Part shown: positions 25,388 to 38,665 of the stretch, one piece after another
Position numbering within the stretch: the stretch's first letter is position 1
Layout: the number at the start of each line of letters is the position of its first letter
Origin: Stegostoma tigrinum
Taxonomy: Eukaryota
Direction of reading: 5' to 3'
Assembly (NCBI RefSeq): GCF_030684315.1
Contig: NC_081365.1
Coordinates: forward strand, 39,206,985 to 39,270,984
Length of the DNA stretch: 64,000 nt
Notes under the pieces: generated by a model
The model's database searches: none
Seen by the model: only the letters and a program-made list of their open reading frames with translations
Told to the model about the DNA's origin: nothing
Translations under genes and position numbers: made by a program

Positions 25388-25565
25388 GTGATAATGGGAA
25401 CTGCAGCTGCTGGAGAACCCGCCTCCCCCTCTGTCCCTATTTATTCCAGTTCCCTCTCCCCATCCCCCTCTCTGATGAAGGGTCTAGACCCGAAACGTCA
25501 GCTTTTGTGCTCCTGAGATGCTGTTTGGCCTGCTGTGTTCATCCAGCTCCACACTTTGTTATCTT
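25388..25565. mobile_element. Miniature PLE insertion with an inverted 30 nt terminus
   Basis: Inverted terminus 25388-25417, forward part with intact hammerhead 25472-25499; 14 bp TSD tca(a/g)tttgc(t/a)tggg at 25375-25388 and 25565-25578. Confidence 0.85.
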
Positions 25566-26184
25566 CAGTTTGCATGGGACTAGCATTCTGAATTCACCCC
25601 ATCTCATTCAGTTCTGCTTGAAGCTCCCCCTGCATGTGCACATTATACTTCTTTCTGGAATTAATGCACATTGTTGCATTGTCTTTGAGATGCAATACTA
25701 CATTACTTTTAAAATTGCTGATCTTGTTCAAGTGATTTGGGCACAGTTATTGAGATTTTTGATTGGTGGCCAGTTCTACCACAGTGATCTGAATCTCATG
25801 AATTGTGACTATACAGATGTCTGTGAATACTGGTAATCTTGTTACTGTTGGACAATTGGTATCTGCCAGATAGATGATTTAAGGAAACCAAGATGAGCTT
25901 GTGTATTAGCACTGCACTGTGGTTCTGCCAATGCAAGGAATCAGTGATCATTTAGAGCAGCTTTCTTATAGGTTATGTCAGGGAGCACCATTTGCTGATC
26001 TACATGTCCTTCAGGATGCATAGTGGTAATATGTTGGCTCTCACTCTATTATTGATAGTGCTTTTATGGTTTGTCATTCTTCCTTTTCAGAACATATAAT
26101 GCTAAAGATTTTAAAGCTGATCACAACAACAATGTTGGCTGCACCATAAGCATATAATTATGGTGGGCTTGCCGTTATGGTTCC

Positions 26185-27200
26185 AAACTTGCATAGATTG
26201 AACAAGTTGAGTGAATGAACAGAAGCATAGCAGATGAAGTATAACGTGGATAAATGTGAGATTATCCACTTCGGTAGCAAAAACAGGAAGGCGGATTATC
26301 TGAATGGTGATAGATCAGGAAAGGGGCAAACACGATAAACCCTGGGCATTCTTATACATCAGCTATCAAAAGTAAGTTTGCAGCTGCTGAAGGTGGTGAC
26401 GGAGGTAAGCAGTGTGTTGGCCTTCAGAGCAAGAGGATTTGAGTATAGGAGCAGGGAGGGATGTCTTGCTGCAATTGTACAGTGCCTTGGTGAGACAATA
26501 TCTGGAATATTGTTTGCAGTTTTGGTCTGATGAGGAATGTTCTGGCTATGGAAGATGACCTTCTGATGCTGTTTCAGTTTTAGTAATATTAATTTAATTT
26601 TAATTTATCAGGTATTTTACCATCTATACAATTTATTCAGTAATTTATTCCTTAATCCAAGATGATACTTAGGTACAAGTGACAATATATTAAATAAACA
26701 AAAGGAAGGTGTGCACTGAAGGTTTACCAGTCTATTCCTGGGATGGCAGTCTGATGTGTGAAGAGAGATTGGATCAGTTAGGACTGTATTCACTGGAGTT
26801 TAGAAGAATGAGGAAGGATCTCACAGAAACCTATAAAATTCCAGCAGGACTGGACACGGTCAATGCAGAAGGTAATTCCTGAAGACTGGGGAATCCAGAA
26901 CCAGGAGTCACAGTTTAATCAAAATGGTTAGGCCATTTAGGACTGAGATGAGGATACATTTCTTTACCCAGACAGTGGTAAGCCTGTGGAATTCTCTGCC
27001 ATGGAAAACAGTTGGAACCTATGTGAAGCCAAAAATTGTATAGTTTTCAGAAAGAGATAGATGTAGTTATTAGGGCTGAAGAGATCAAAGAGTGTGGGGA
27101 GAAAGCAGGAACAGAGTACTGCATTGGATGAAAAACTGTGGCGGCGCAATCTGGAAGAGCCGAATGGCCTAGTCCCACTCCTGTTCTCTATGTTTCTACA
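26185..27200 (+). mobile_element. CR1 LINE 3' portion, interrupted by an AT-rich segment ~26555-26710
   Basis: NVDKCEIIHFG motif, LVRQYLEYCLQFW, CR1 tail cctgttctctatgtttcta. Confidence 0.82.
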
Positions 27201-28949
27201 TCTTCAAACAATGTAATTTCCAGATCATCATTTCTGAATGCTTTAACTGAAGTAGGGGTGATTAATCAAACCCTTTACTGTGACATCTTGTCACAAACGT
27301 AGAAATATCCTATCTAAGTGTTGCTGATGGTATGACACGTTAGAGTCCGATTGTCTTGAAGTTAATTCTTACCTTGAGTTAATCTTTAAGTACTCTCCAG
27401 ACCATTTCTGCATCTTTCTACAGAAAGATTGAGAGTGTTAATTCTGTGAAACCCTGCCTTGCTGACAGTAAGCCATGTTACCAGACATCTTTTCTCTGGA
27501 TCGTGTATAATTCGATCTGTAAGAAATGCTGCATAGGTTGCTTGAAGATCTGTGACTCATTAAATTGACTGCCTTGCCCATAATTAAGAGTTTGTCTTCC
27601 AATTCTTTATGGAAGTTTATTTTGTTAGATGTAAAGGGTTACTGTGTTTGTTTCTTTCTTTTACTTGTGTGCTTTTCACCTTCTCCCTTTCCCTATGCTG
27701 CTTCTATTTCACGTTATTTTTCAGTATTGCCATTCCTTTACTTGACTTTAGAGGAACAGTCCCTAAAGTGATTAAGGAATACAGGTCTGAGGTAATAAGT
27801 TTCTACCTTTCGTTGGTTTTAGCACCAACTAAGGAATGATGATATTACTTGGGGTTCCCTCTGCATTTGTACCAAACCGGAGAGGAAAAATGATGAAACC
27901 CATCGACCTCTGCAAACAGGTAAAACTGATCAGAAAAGTGCTTTGCAGTGCTTCAGAAAGTTTTATTTTGTTCCGGAGAGCTCTTTACCCAGCCTATAAG
28001 AAACCTTTGACTGCTGCTTTTAACTTGATTGTGGAATAGGAAAGCAGGCTGTCAATTTGACTTTGTAAAAAATGAATTAGGCCTTGCAGCTTGATTTAAG
28101 TTTATAAGCGGAAAGAAGGTAGCTCTTTGTATAATTTACAGATCCCCAATTATATAAATGCATGCTTTAGTTTTCCAAATAAAGTCTAGCACTGATGTCT
28201 GGCCGATATTCAATGAGGCTTCCGAGTATCTATCATGAATAAGTTGGATTCTTTACAGTGACTGCTACTAACTGTGGCTTATCACCACTATATGGGCTTT
28301 GACTCCAACAACAACGAGATGAGGCAATGCTTATGCTCTGATAACATAAGAATTCAATGCGATTAACGTGGCAGTGAAAGATTCACAGGGCATTTTATTG
28401 CAGCTCTTACAACGACAGGCCCTTTAGAGTCTGGATTAATGTCAAGCTATTTGGTTACAAAAGTAACACATTTTCAAAGTGTGTCAAGCTTCAAGTGGCC
28501 CCAGTTATGATGGGATATGAGACTTTTTTTAATACCCAAATCAGGCTATGATATGGTTATGAAATCATGACAATACCTCTTAGAGGTATATCACATACTA
28601 ATTATGAGACATAACACAACAGATGAAACCAGAGACCATTGTCAAAACTATATCTAGTTTCATACTGTTAAGTGTTAGGAGTCCAGGTGTAGGTTTCAGG
28701 TTTCAGCTGAAGTTCGACAGCAAGTAAAGGGTAAGTCCCACAGGAATACTGATCAAGGTGCAAAGACTGTGACCTGAAGGACGCAATGCAGTGGGACATG
28801 CTGCTGGGAGCCCTTGATCAGGAAAGAAGCCTATCACAGAGAAAGCTAGCTTTTCATCCACCTGGGACCTGGTAAGGGTAGCCTGCTGAGCTCCTCCACC
28901 ATCCCCCACCTTTTGCCTTGACCACCTGCACTCCCAACCTTTTTGAACA

Positions 28950-29560
28950 CTTAATTGTAGAGTTCTGGGGAGTGTTGCTGAACAAAGAGACCTTAGAGTT
29001 CAGGCTCATAGCTCTTTGAAAGTGGAGTCACAGGTAGACAAGGTAGTGAAGAAGGGGTTAGGGCATCACGTTGCAGTTGTGCAAGACAACAGTTAAGCAA
29101 CATTTGGAATGCTACATTCAGTTCTGGTGTCCCAGTTATAGGAAAGATGTTGTTAAACTTGAGAGGGTGCAGAGAAGATTTACAAGGAAGTTGCTGGGGT
29201 TAGAAGGTTTGAGCTATAAGGAGAGGCTGAATAGGCTGGAGCTACTTTGCCTGGAACATTGGAGGTTGAGAGGTGTCCAAAAATTAGCAGGTATATATTC
29301 AAGGTGAGTGGGGAAAGACATAAAAGTGACCAAGGGGCGACTTCTTCACACAGATAGTGGTGCATGGATGGAATGAGATTCCAGAGGAAGTGGTGGAGGC
29401 TGGTACGACAACATTTAAAAGGCATCTGGATGGGTACATGAATAAGAAGGATTTAGAAGGATATGGGCCAAAAGTTGACTAGGTTAACTTAGGATATTTG
29501 GTCAGCATGGTTGAGATGGACCAAAGGGCCTGTTTCCGTGTTGTACAACTCTATGACTCA
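28950..29560 (+). mobile_element. CR1 LINE 3' portion with internal deletions
   Basis: HLECYIQFWCPSYRKDVVKLERVQRRFT; CR1 tail. Confidence 0.85.
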
Positions 29561-30233
29561 ATGATTATATTTCACTAGTCTCAGGATTGAGCCTTGGCAT
29601 TAAGTGACTGCTTAAAAGCTTCACTTTGTGGGAAAGGTGCCATGATGATTTGGGCTTCACTTGCTGTATGTAAATGGCACACTAGGCAGAGGCAACTCAG
29701 GGAACATTATGGATCCCCACAAATCCATAGTTAAGTCACATAAAATATTCCCACTGGTGTTAATAAACTTGCACAGAAAGTATTTCAGTTCTGAACTCAG
29801 AGAAACTGCTTGTAGGAATACAAAGTCTTAAGCATCTGAGATAAGCTCAATGGGAAACTCATTGTGTAAATTGATTTATTGACTTAATCACAGTTAATTG
29901 CAGATACCTTTGCCAGTTTAGAAGGTTAACTGTTCCTTCAATATCACTGAAAGGATTAATTTAGTTTAGATTTAAGAGTTGTAAGTGCCCATTGCTTTTA
30001 GTTTCAGTCTAACTGGTCAGTTGGTGAGATTTAAATAAGAGTGGGGAGTCGAAATAGCACATGCAATATTTATGGAATAATGGTTAAGTTTCCAACTCAC
30101 CACACTAAAAATTCCTGCTGCTACCTTTCCTGAACTAGCAGCTAGAAAATAGATTGAAGATCCTGCTTACACTGTTTTCAGCAATGTATCCAGAGAGAGC
30201 GTTCTTAACCATCTTGCATTCTAAACACTGGAT

Positions 30234-31566
30234 AATACACCTCCTCCCACCCACCCTCCTGCAAAAATTCCATCCCCTATTCCCAATTCCTCCGCCGCAT
30301 CTGCTCCCACGATGAGGCATTCCACTCCCGCACATCCCAGATGTCCAAGTTCTTCAAGGACCGCAACTTTTCCCCCACAGTGGTCGAGAACGCCTTTGAC
30401 CGTGTCTCCCGCATTTCCCGCAACACATCCCTCACACCCTGCCCCCGCCACAACCGCCCACAGAGGATCCCCCTCGTTCTCACACACCACCCCACCAACC
30501 TCCGGATACAACGCATCATCCTCCGACACTTCCGCCATCTACAATCTGACCCCACCACCCAAGACATTTTTCCATCCCCACCCCTGTCTGCTTTCCGGAG
30601 AGACCACTCTCTCCGTGACTCCTTTGTTCGCTCAACACTGCCCTCCAACCCCACCACACCTGGCACCTTCCCCTGCAACCGCAGGAAATGCTACACTTGC
30701 CCCCACACCTCCTCCCTCACCCCTATCCCAGGCCCCAAGATAACATTCCACATTAAGCAGAGGTTCACCTGCACATCTGCCAATGTGGTATACTGCATCC
30801 ACTGTACCCGGTGCGGCTTCCTCTACATTGGGGAAACCATGCGGAGGCTTGGGGTCCGCTTTGCAGAACACCTCCGCTCAGTTCGCAACAAACAACTGCA
30901 CCTCCCAGTCGCAAACCATTTCCACTCCCCCTCCCATTCTTTAGATGACATGTCCATCATGGGCCTCCTGCACTGCCACAATGATGCCACCCGAAGGTTG
31001 CAGGAACAGCAACTCATATTCCGCTTGGGAACCCTGCAGCCCAATGGTATCAATGTGGACTTCACCAGTTTCAAAATCTCCCCTTCCCCTACTGCATCCC
31101 AAAACCAGCCCAGTTCTTTCCCTCCCCCCACTGCACCACACAACCAGCCCAGCTCTTCCCCTCCACCCACTGCATCCCAAAACCAGTCCAACCTGTCTCT
31201 GCCTCCCCAACCTGTTCTTCCTCTCACCCATCCCTTTCTCCCACTCCAAGCCGCACCTCCATCTCCTACCTACTAACCTCATCCCACCTCCTTGACCTGT
31301 CCATCTTCCCTGGACTGACCTATCCCCTCCCTACCTCCCCACCTATACTCTCCTCTCCACCTATCTTCTTTTCTCTCCATCTTCGGTCTGCCTCCCCCTC
31401 TCTCCCTATTTATTCCAGAACCGTCACCCCATCCCCTTCTCTGATGAAGGGTCTAGGCCCGAAACGTTAGCTTTTGTGCTCCTGAGATGCTGCTGGGCCT
31501 GCTGTGTTCATCCAGCCTCACATTTCGTTATCTTGGATTCTCCAGCATCTGCAGTTCCCATTATCA
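30234..31566 (+). mobile_element. Penelope-like (Neptune-type) 5'-truncated copy, no inverted arm
   Basis: ORF 30341-31276 with Cys linker and GIY-YIG; hammerhead core 31441-31468; terminus gcagttcccattatc. Confidence 0.93.
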
Positions 31567-34500
31567 CTGATACATTAAATGACGTTGCTTTTGAATGCCC
31601 TTCTTTGAAATCACAATGAAAAGATATTAAGTAACAACTTCAATTATAAAGTTCTTCGTAAAGAAGGAGCAATTGATTTACTTTAAGTTTTGTCTCTGCA
31701 TGGATTTATAAAATCTTCACTCAAATAACTGAGGTGTCCTGTCTATTTATTAATTACAAAGTGTGTTTTCATTGTAAAAATATAGAAGAGATTTTGAGCT
31801 TTAAGTAGTGTCAAATGGTAACAACTGTATCCTGCCTAGATGATTCATTGATACGCTTCTGGTGTTCTGAACAACCATATTACAAATGAGCAATGTAAAA
31901 CGACATGAGCTGGTTTACGTAATTAATATTTTTCTCTTATTGAACTCTACAAGTGATTATTCTATGTCCTAACTTTTACAATTCAGAACAATACATTTCT
32001 TCTTCTGTCATGTGCTTGAATTTTCTGGAGGTTTTCAACATAACTGCAATTTAAGAGTCGATTTGCACAACTTTTCCCTGAAGAAAATTTGTATGTAATT
32101 GATTTAGTCTAGTTTTACACCAGTTTGTTACTGCGCATGAATTTGTTTGTTTATTTGCAATGCTGTTGACTTACCACAGTGAAAGTCCAATAGTCTATTA
32201 ACCCAACTCTGCCCCTTTGCTGAAGATCAGAGGAGCTGAAATCGCTAAGCAGCATTTGATAATTGTGTAGACAATATGTTTACTCCCTCATATTATTTGT
32301 GATTTTTTTCACTTGGCATGATCACTACCATTAGTATTCTTCTGGGAAGACAAGGAAATTGAATAATTTGTTTGAAGTTCTATCTTAGAAGTCACCTCAG
32401 CATCTGACATTTAATTTAAATCTGTTGTTACTATTTGCTCCCTAAACTGTGTCGCATTCTAAATTAATTTAGCTAAAGATTCATCAATGGGATCAAATGG
32501 GATGTGCTGCTGTTTGGTTATTTGATTTATTCTGCCTTCTTGCAAACCTGCTGAGTCTTGCAACCTGAATACTTCTCAGTATTGACAGGATTGGAAAACA
32601 TTTGACCAATTTGGTATAGTCATGATTTCCAACTTGCTGGTAGTATTTTTATATCACCATAGTTAATCTTGATGAATTCTGTTTTGTGTTTTGATTCTGA
32701 CATGAGCCTAGGGAGCTTTGTGAAAGCTTTATTTGTTGTTCCATGACCAGCTGGCCAGTAATTGAATGTTCTTTGACCTGTTTTTCCGTGACCTGTTGTT
32801 CCTTAACTTAAACAATTTGACTCCTTCCATCATCTGAAAACAATTCAGGTCAAAATGCTGACTTGTGCTTAAGGGTGGGAGTTCTTAGTTGTGAACTATG
32901 TATAGAGTCTGTACAATCAGATGCCCCTAAAGTAGGCAAGTTACTTGTCTCAAATATTTTACTCCAGAACATATTTTGTGAAACTGTTGGTTATAGAGAA
33001 TGTTACTTCAACCATGGTAGATTATCTGATAAAGTAATGACACTTGCCACTGTACAGAGCTTAAAATTGGTGAAGTGCACATTGACATTAATGGCTTCTT
33101 GTCAAGCAGCTAGATCTGAATAAGTTGTTTCTCCTATGAATACCTTTGGCCTTCTTAGTTCTGTAAGTTGTTCTATCATATGAAATTCTTTGTGAGTAGC
33201 TAATTGTCTTTTTATTGCTCTGTGAATATGCCCTATTTTGGCACATTTTCTGAAAACGACCTGCTCTTTTACAAATAAGGTATATCTTTGTAAATTATTG
33301 GTCACTACTTGTGTCTTTAAGGTTCATTAGTGCCACGGCATTAACAATGACTATTCATACCTGTGTGCTATTCACTGAATTGGTTTCTCACATGTGCCTT
33401 TAAGGGCCTTGTACCTTAAAAACTGAGTAGATTCTGTTGCTCTCCTGTGATAAAATTAATCTCGAAGATTTATTTTTCTAAACTTCTGCTTTGTTCACTA
33501 TCTGAGACGTTTTCTCTGTAGTCAAATCCTACTTTATAATAAATATGACAAAAACTCATCAGCAACTCCAATGACAATTTTATCTCTTATGAATCCTGTC
33601 TTTAAACCTCATTAGTTATGTTTTTTTTATACTAATCTGAACAGTTCACTAATGATTTACTGATGTGTTCCCTGGTTTCTGAACCCTTCAATGAAGTCTG
33701 ACTCTTTCAAGAATTGTGGTTAAAATAATTTTGACAGTCTTACAGTACTTCAACATATCTTTCTTTTGCTTTTTTGTTTTTTTCTTCTTGGTGAGCTAAA
33801 ACATCATTAGCTACACACCATAAGTTATTTACTTTTTCAAGTTTTGATTTAGTGTCCTGTTTGGAAGCGATTCTATATCTTGAGAATTTTTTCAATCAAT
33901 ATGTTCAGTTCTGTGTTCTGTGTCCTATCTCACCCATGTTTGTAATCACGTCTTCCTGGCAATATTATATCTGCTATTTTCTCTAATGTTATTATTTATT
34001 TTCCTTATTTAAAAGATATATAACTATTCAGTATGGCCAAATTACTGAGAACTGCTGTAATTAATATTTTCCCTTCCTTTTATGATTAAAGTGGAGCTTT
34101 TATTTTTAACCTTTTTGAGAGTAAATTAGATGGTTTATACATTTTGTGCAGCTTCTCTTGACAAATCCCATTAATCACTGCCATAATATAATTCCCATTT
34201 CCTTCATGGCTCAATGAGTTAACCTCACTCTCTGTACTTTTAATAAATGATTTCTGCTGTCTTAATGGCCTTAATGAATTAATTCTGCTCCACACACCTC
34301 AGTAAGACAAATCTGATCCATTCACAGTTTTAGCTAGATGATTTCTGAGGTACTAAATAATAATTATTGTTGCTTTCACGGTCTTTTCCGAGATGAATCC
34401 CAATGTTTGTGGTTTACATGAACTGCAGTAACGACAGGAACCGTTTAAGTAATAGATCTCCAACCTTTTCTGGGGCTTCTCTGGCTCCCAACTATTTTGC

Positions 34501-34696
34501 TTCTTTACACTTAGTTCGCTTAAGTTTCTAAATTGTGGCTTTATCATTCAAATTTAGGCTTTGTAATGTTTCTGGTTTTGTGACATTGTTTTAAATTGCT
34601 TCAGTGGCCCTTGATTTCCTTTAACGTAACGATGCCCTCAAAATGTTTGCTCGCGAAAGCAACAAACTGTAAGTCTTTGGATTACATCTAGCTTTG

Positions 34697-37600
34697 TAAA
34701 AAACTTAAGAACTGCAGATGCTGTAAATCAGGATCAAAAACAGAAATTGCTGGAAAAGCTCAGCAGGTCAGGCAGCATCTGTGAAGAAGAACCCTTCCAC
34801 AGAACTGATGATTACTAGGAAAATGTCAGTTTGTATGCAGATGATATGGTGGGGTAAAGGGGTATGGAGTAAATGATAGATGGGGATAGAGCCCAAAGAC
34901 CCACAGCAATGTGGTTGACTCTCACCTGCCCTCTGAAATGGCCCAGCAAGCCACTCAATTGTACCAATTGCTAAAAAGACTGAAAGAAATGAAACTGGCA
35001 GGTCACACGGCATCGACCTAGGCACTGGAAAAGTCAGGGGCAGAAACAGCCCTGTCAGCCGTGCAAAGTCATCCTTGCTAACATCTGGGGGTCAGTGTCG
35101 AAATTGGAAGAGCTGTCTCACAGACGAGTCAAGCAACAGCCTGGCATAGTTATACTCACAGAATCATACCTTACAAACGATGTCCCAGCCACCACCCGCA
35201 CCATCCCTGGATATGTCCTGTCTCACCGGCAGGACCGATCCAGCAGAGGAGACAGCACAATGGTATACAGTTAGGAGGGAGTTGCTCTGGGAGTCCTCAA
35301 CACTGACTCTGGATCCCATGAAGTCTCGTGGCAAAGACACCTCCTGCTGATTACCACATACCGTCCTCCCTCAGCTGATGAGTCAGTACTCCTCAATATT
35401 AAACAACACTTAGAGGAAGCGCTGAGGATGGCAAGCCACAAAATGTACTCTGGGTGGGGGATTTCAATGTCCACCACCAAGAGTGGCACGGCAGCAGTAC
35501 GACTGATTTGAACTGGTCGAGTCCTACAGGACATAGCTGCTAGACTGGGTCTGCGATAGGTGGTGGGGGAACCGACAAGAGGGAAGAACATACTTGACCT
35601 CATCCTGACTAATCCACCAGCTGCAGTTGCATCTGCCCATGGCAGTATGGGTAAGGGTGACCTTCGCATGGTCCTTGTGGAGACGAAGTCCCACCTTCAA
35701 ATTGAGAACAACCTCCATCGTGGCACTATCACCATGTTAAATAGGACAGAGTTTGCACAGATCTAGCAACTCAACACTGGGCATCCATGAGGCACTGTGG
35801 GCCACTAACAGCAGCGAATTGTACTCCAGCACAATCTGTAACCTCATGGCCCGGCATATCCCCCACTCAACCATTACCATCAAGCCAGGGATCAACCCTG
35901 GTTCAATAGAGAGTGCAGGAGGGCATGCCAGGAGCAGCACCAGTCATACCTGAAGATGAGGCATCAACCTGGTGAAGCCACCAGATAGGACTACTTGCAC
36001 GCCAAACAGCAAAAGAAGCAAGTGATAGACAGAGCTAAGTGATCCTACAACCAGCAGATCAGATCTAAGCTCTGCAGTCCTGCCACACCAGTCACAAATG
36101 GTGCTGGACAATTAAACAGTTCACTGGAGGAGGAGACTCCACAAATATCCCATCCTCAATGATGGAAGAGCCCAGCATATCAGTGCAAAAGATAAGGCTG
36201 AAGCATTCACAGCAACCTTCAGCCAAAAGTGCCGAGTAGATCCATCTCGGCCTCCTCCAGTGGTCCCCAGCATAAAGGTTAGCAGTCTTCAGCCAATTCG
36301 ATTCACTCCATGTGATATCAAGAAATGGTTGGAGACACTGGTCAGTGCAAAGGCTATGGGCCTTGACAACATTCCGACAGTAGCACTGAAGACGTGTGCT
36401 CTAGAACTTGCTGCTCCCCTAGGCATGCTATTCCAGCACAGTAACAACACTGGTATCTACCTGACAATGTGGAAAATTGCCCAAGTATATCCCGTACACA
36501 AAAAAGCAGGACAAATCCAACCTGGCCAATTACTGCCCCAAGAGTCTCCTCTCGATCATCAGTAAAGTGATGGAAGGTGTCAACAACAGTCCTATCAAGC
36601 AGCACCTGCTCAGTGACGCCCAGTTTGGATTCCACCAGGGCCACTCAGTTCCTGATCTCATTACAGCCTTGGTTCAAACACGGACAAAAGAGCTGAATTC
36701 CAGAGGTAAGGTGAGAGTGACATCCCTTGATATCAAGGCTGCATTCAACCGAGTGTGGCATCAAGGAGCCCTAGCAAAACTGGAATCAATGGGTATCAGG
36801 GGGCAAACTCTCCGGTGGTTGGAGTCATACCTGACGCATAGGAAGATGGTCGTGGTTGTGGGAGGTCAATCATCACAGTTCCAGGACATCTCTGCAGCAG
36901 TTTCTCAGGGTAGTGTCTGAGGCCCAACCATCTTCAGCTGCTTCATCAATGACCTTCCCTCTATCATAAGGTCAGAAGTGGGGATGTTCGCCGATGATGT
37001 TCAGCACCATTTGCAACTCCTCAGATATTGAAGCAGTCCATGTTCACATGCTACAAGATCTGGACAATATCTAGGCTTGGGCTGACAAGTGGCAAGTGAC
37101 ATTTGTGCCACACAAATGCCAGGCTATGACCATCACCAATAAGAAACAATCTAACCACCACCCCTTGGCGTTCAATGGTGTTACCATCACTGAATTCCCC
37201 ACTGTCAACATTTTGGGGGTTACCATTTACCAGAAACTCAACTGAACTCACCACATTAACCCACAAGAGCAGGCCTGTCCACCATCTACAAGGCACAAAT
37301 CAGGAGTGTGATGGAATACTCCCCACTTGTCTGGACGAGTGCAGCCCCAAAAACACTCAAGAAGCTTGACAACATCCAGGAAAAAGCAGCCCACTTGATG
37401 GGCACTACATCCACAAGCATTCACTCCCTCCACCACTGATGCTCAGTAACAGCAGTGTGTACTATCTACAAGATACACTGCAGAAATTCACCAAAAATCC
37501 TCGGACAGCACCTTCCAAACCCACAACCACTTGCATCTAGAAGGACAAGGGCATCAGACATATGGGAACACCACCTCCTCCAAGTCCTCCTCCAAGCCAC

Positions 37601-38665
37601 TCACCGTGTTGACTTGGAAGTATATCACCATTTCTTCACTGTCGCTGGGTTAAAATCCTGGAATTCCCTCGCTAATAACACTTTGGGTCAACCCACAGCA
37701 GGAGGACTGCTACAGTTCAAGACGGCAGCTCACTACCACCTTCTCAAGGGCAGTTAGGGATGGGCAAGAAATGCTGGTCAGCTAGTGATGCACAGATCCC
37801 ACAAATGAATTAAAAAAAGAGAGAAAAGCAGTTGGACAAAGAAGCTGATAAAGATCTCGCTAGGACAGTAAATAGCTATTAATGGGGACTGTTAGTGGCT
37901 AATAATGCATAGTATGTAATGTCAGACAAGTAATAATAATGCCTGATGTGTGGGATGGTGGGCTAGGTCATGGGAGGCCCTAAAATTATTGAACTTGATT
38001 TTGAGTCCGGAGGGCTGTAAGATCCCCTAGCAGAAAATGTGGTGCTGTTCTTCCAGCTTGCGTTGAGCTTCACTGGAACACTGCAGCAAGCCAGATTCAG
38101 AGATGTTCGTCAAGGAACAGAGTGGTGTGTTTAAGTGGCAGGCAACTGGAAGCTCTTTTTTGGGGGCAGAACTAAGATGTTCTACGAAGCAGTCACCCAG
38201 CCTACACTTTGTTTCCCTAATGTAGAGGAAACTATATCGTGAGCAGTGAATGCAGTAGACTAGATTGTGAGAAATGCAGGTGAAATGCTGCTTCACCTGA
38301 AAGGTATGTTTGGCCCCTTGGATGCTGGGGCAGGAGGAGGTAAGTGGGCAGGTGTTGCACTTCCGCTGGTTGCAGGAGAAGGTGCTGTAGAGCTGTGGGC
38401 AGCTGTTGGAGTTCAAGGAAGTGTGGGCCAGGGTATCCCGGAGGGAACGGTCCCTGCAGAAGGCGGACAAGGGAGGCGAGGGGAATATGTGTCTGGTGGT
38501 GGCATCTTGCTGGGGGTGGCGGAAATGGTGTCTGATCTTCTGGATGTGGATATGGTTGGGATGCTGTTGTGGGAGGGAAGAGAAGGAGTGGGGGTGGAAG
38601 TGTGGGAGATGGGACTTGAACAGATCTGAGGGTGGAAGTGTGGGAGATGGGTCTTCAACAGATCC
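34697..38665 (-). mobile_element. Older PLE (34697-34899 + 37819-38665) split by a LINE insertion
   Basis: Flanks rejoin as gagcccaaaga|gagaaaagcagttggac, as in the uninterrupted relative at 18817-18850; ORF 38027-38704 contains NLVYCIHCSRYSFLYIRETK. Confidence 0.85.
34897..37818 (+). mobile_element. Near-complete, decayed CR1/L2-group LINE (APE endonuclease + RT) with a Deu-like 5' segment
   Basis: EN motifs GDFNVHH and PTRGKNILDLILT; RT motifs ANYCPKSLLSIISKVME, QFGFHQGHS, LDIKAAFNRVWH, QGSV*GP, MFADD; 3' tail gaattaaaaaaa. Confidence 0.9.

Larger units (their letters stand above)
23720..26170 (-). mobile_element. Decayed Ty3/Gypsy LTR-retrotransposon pol (protease-RT-RNase H), split by two PLE insertions
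   Basis: Hand translation, in order: RANILP (protease, ~26030); ELQAELNEM, LDEKHCHWFIHLAEESQ, CTVDDVMV (RT); HPDPRKI...NFLSPYVPN; VEASQKGLG, LALEFGITQFHT, LQRLLANLQECDFEVSFKAGSMMIIPDALS (RNase H). Confidence 0.8.

Noticed and set aside
30226-31572. TSD cactggata / cactgata around the PLE at 30234
   Set aside because: Short, needs an indel and overlaps the element terminus; not counted among the TSD-bearing insertions
38592-38664. 35 bp tandem duplication at the 5' break of an old PLE
   Set aside because: Ordinary junction duplication; no further structure
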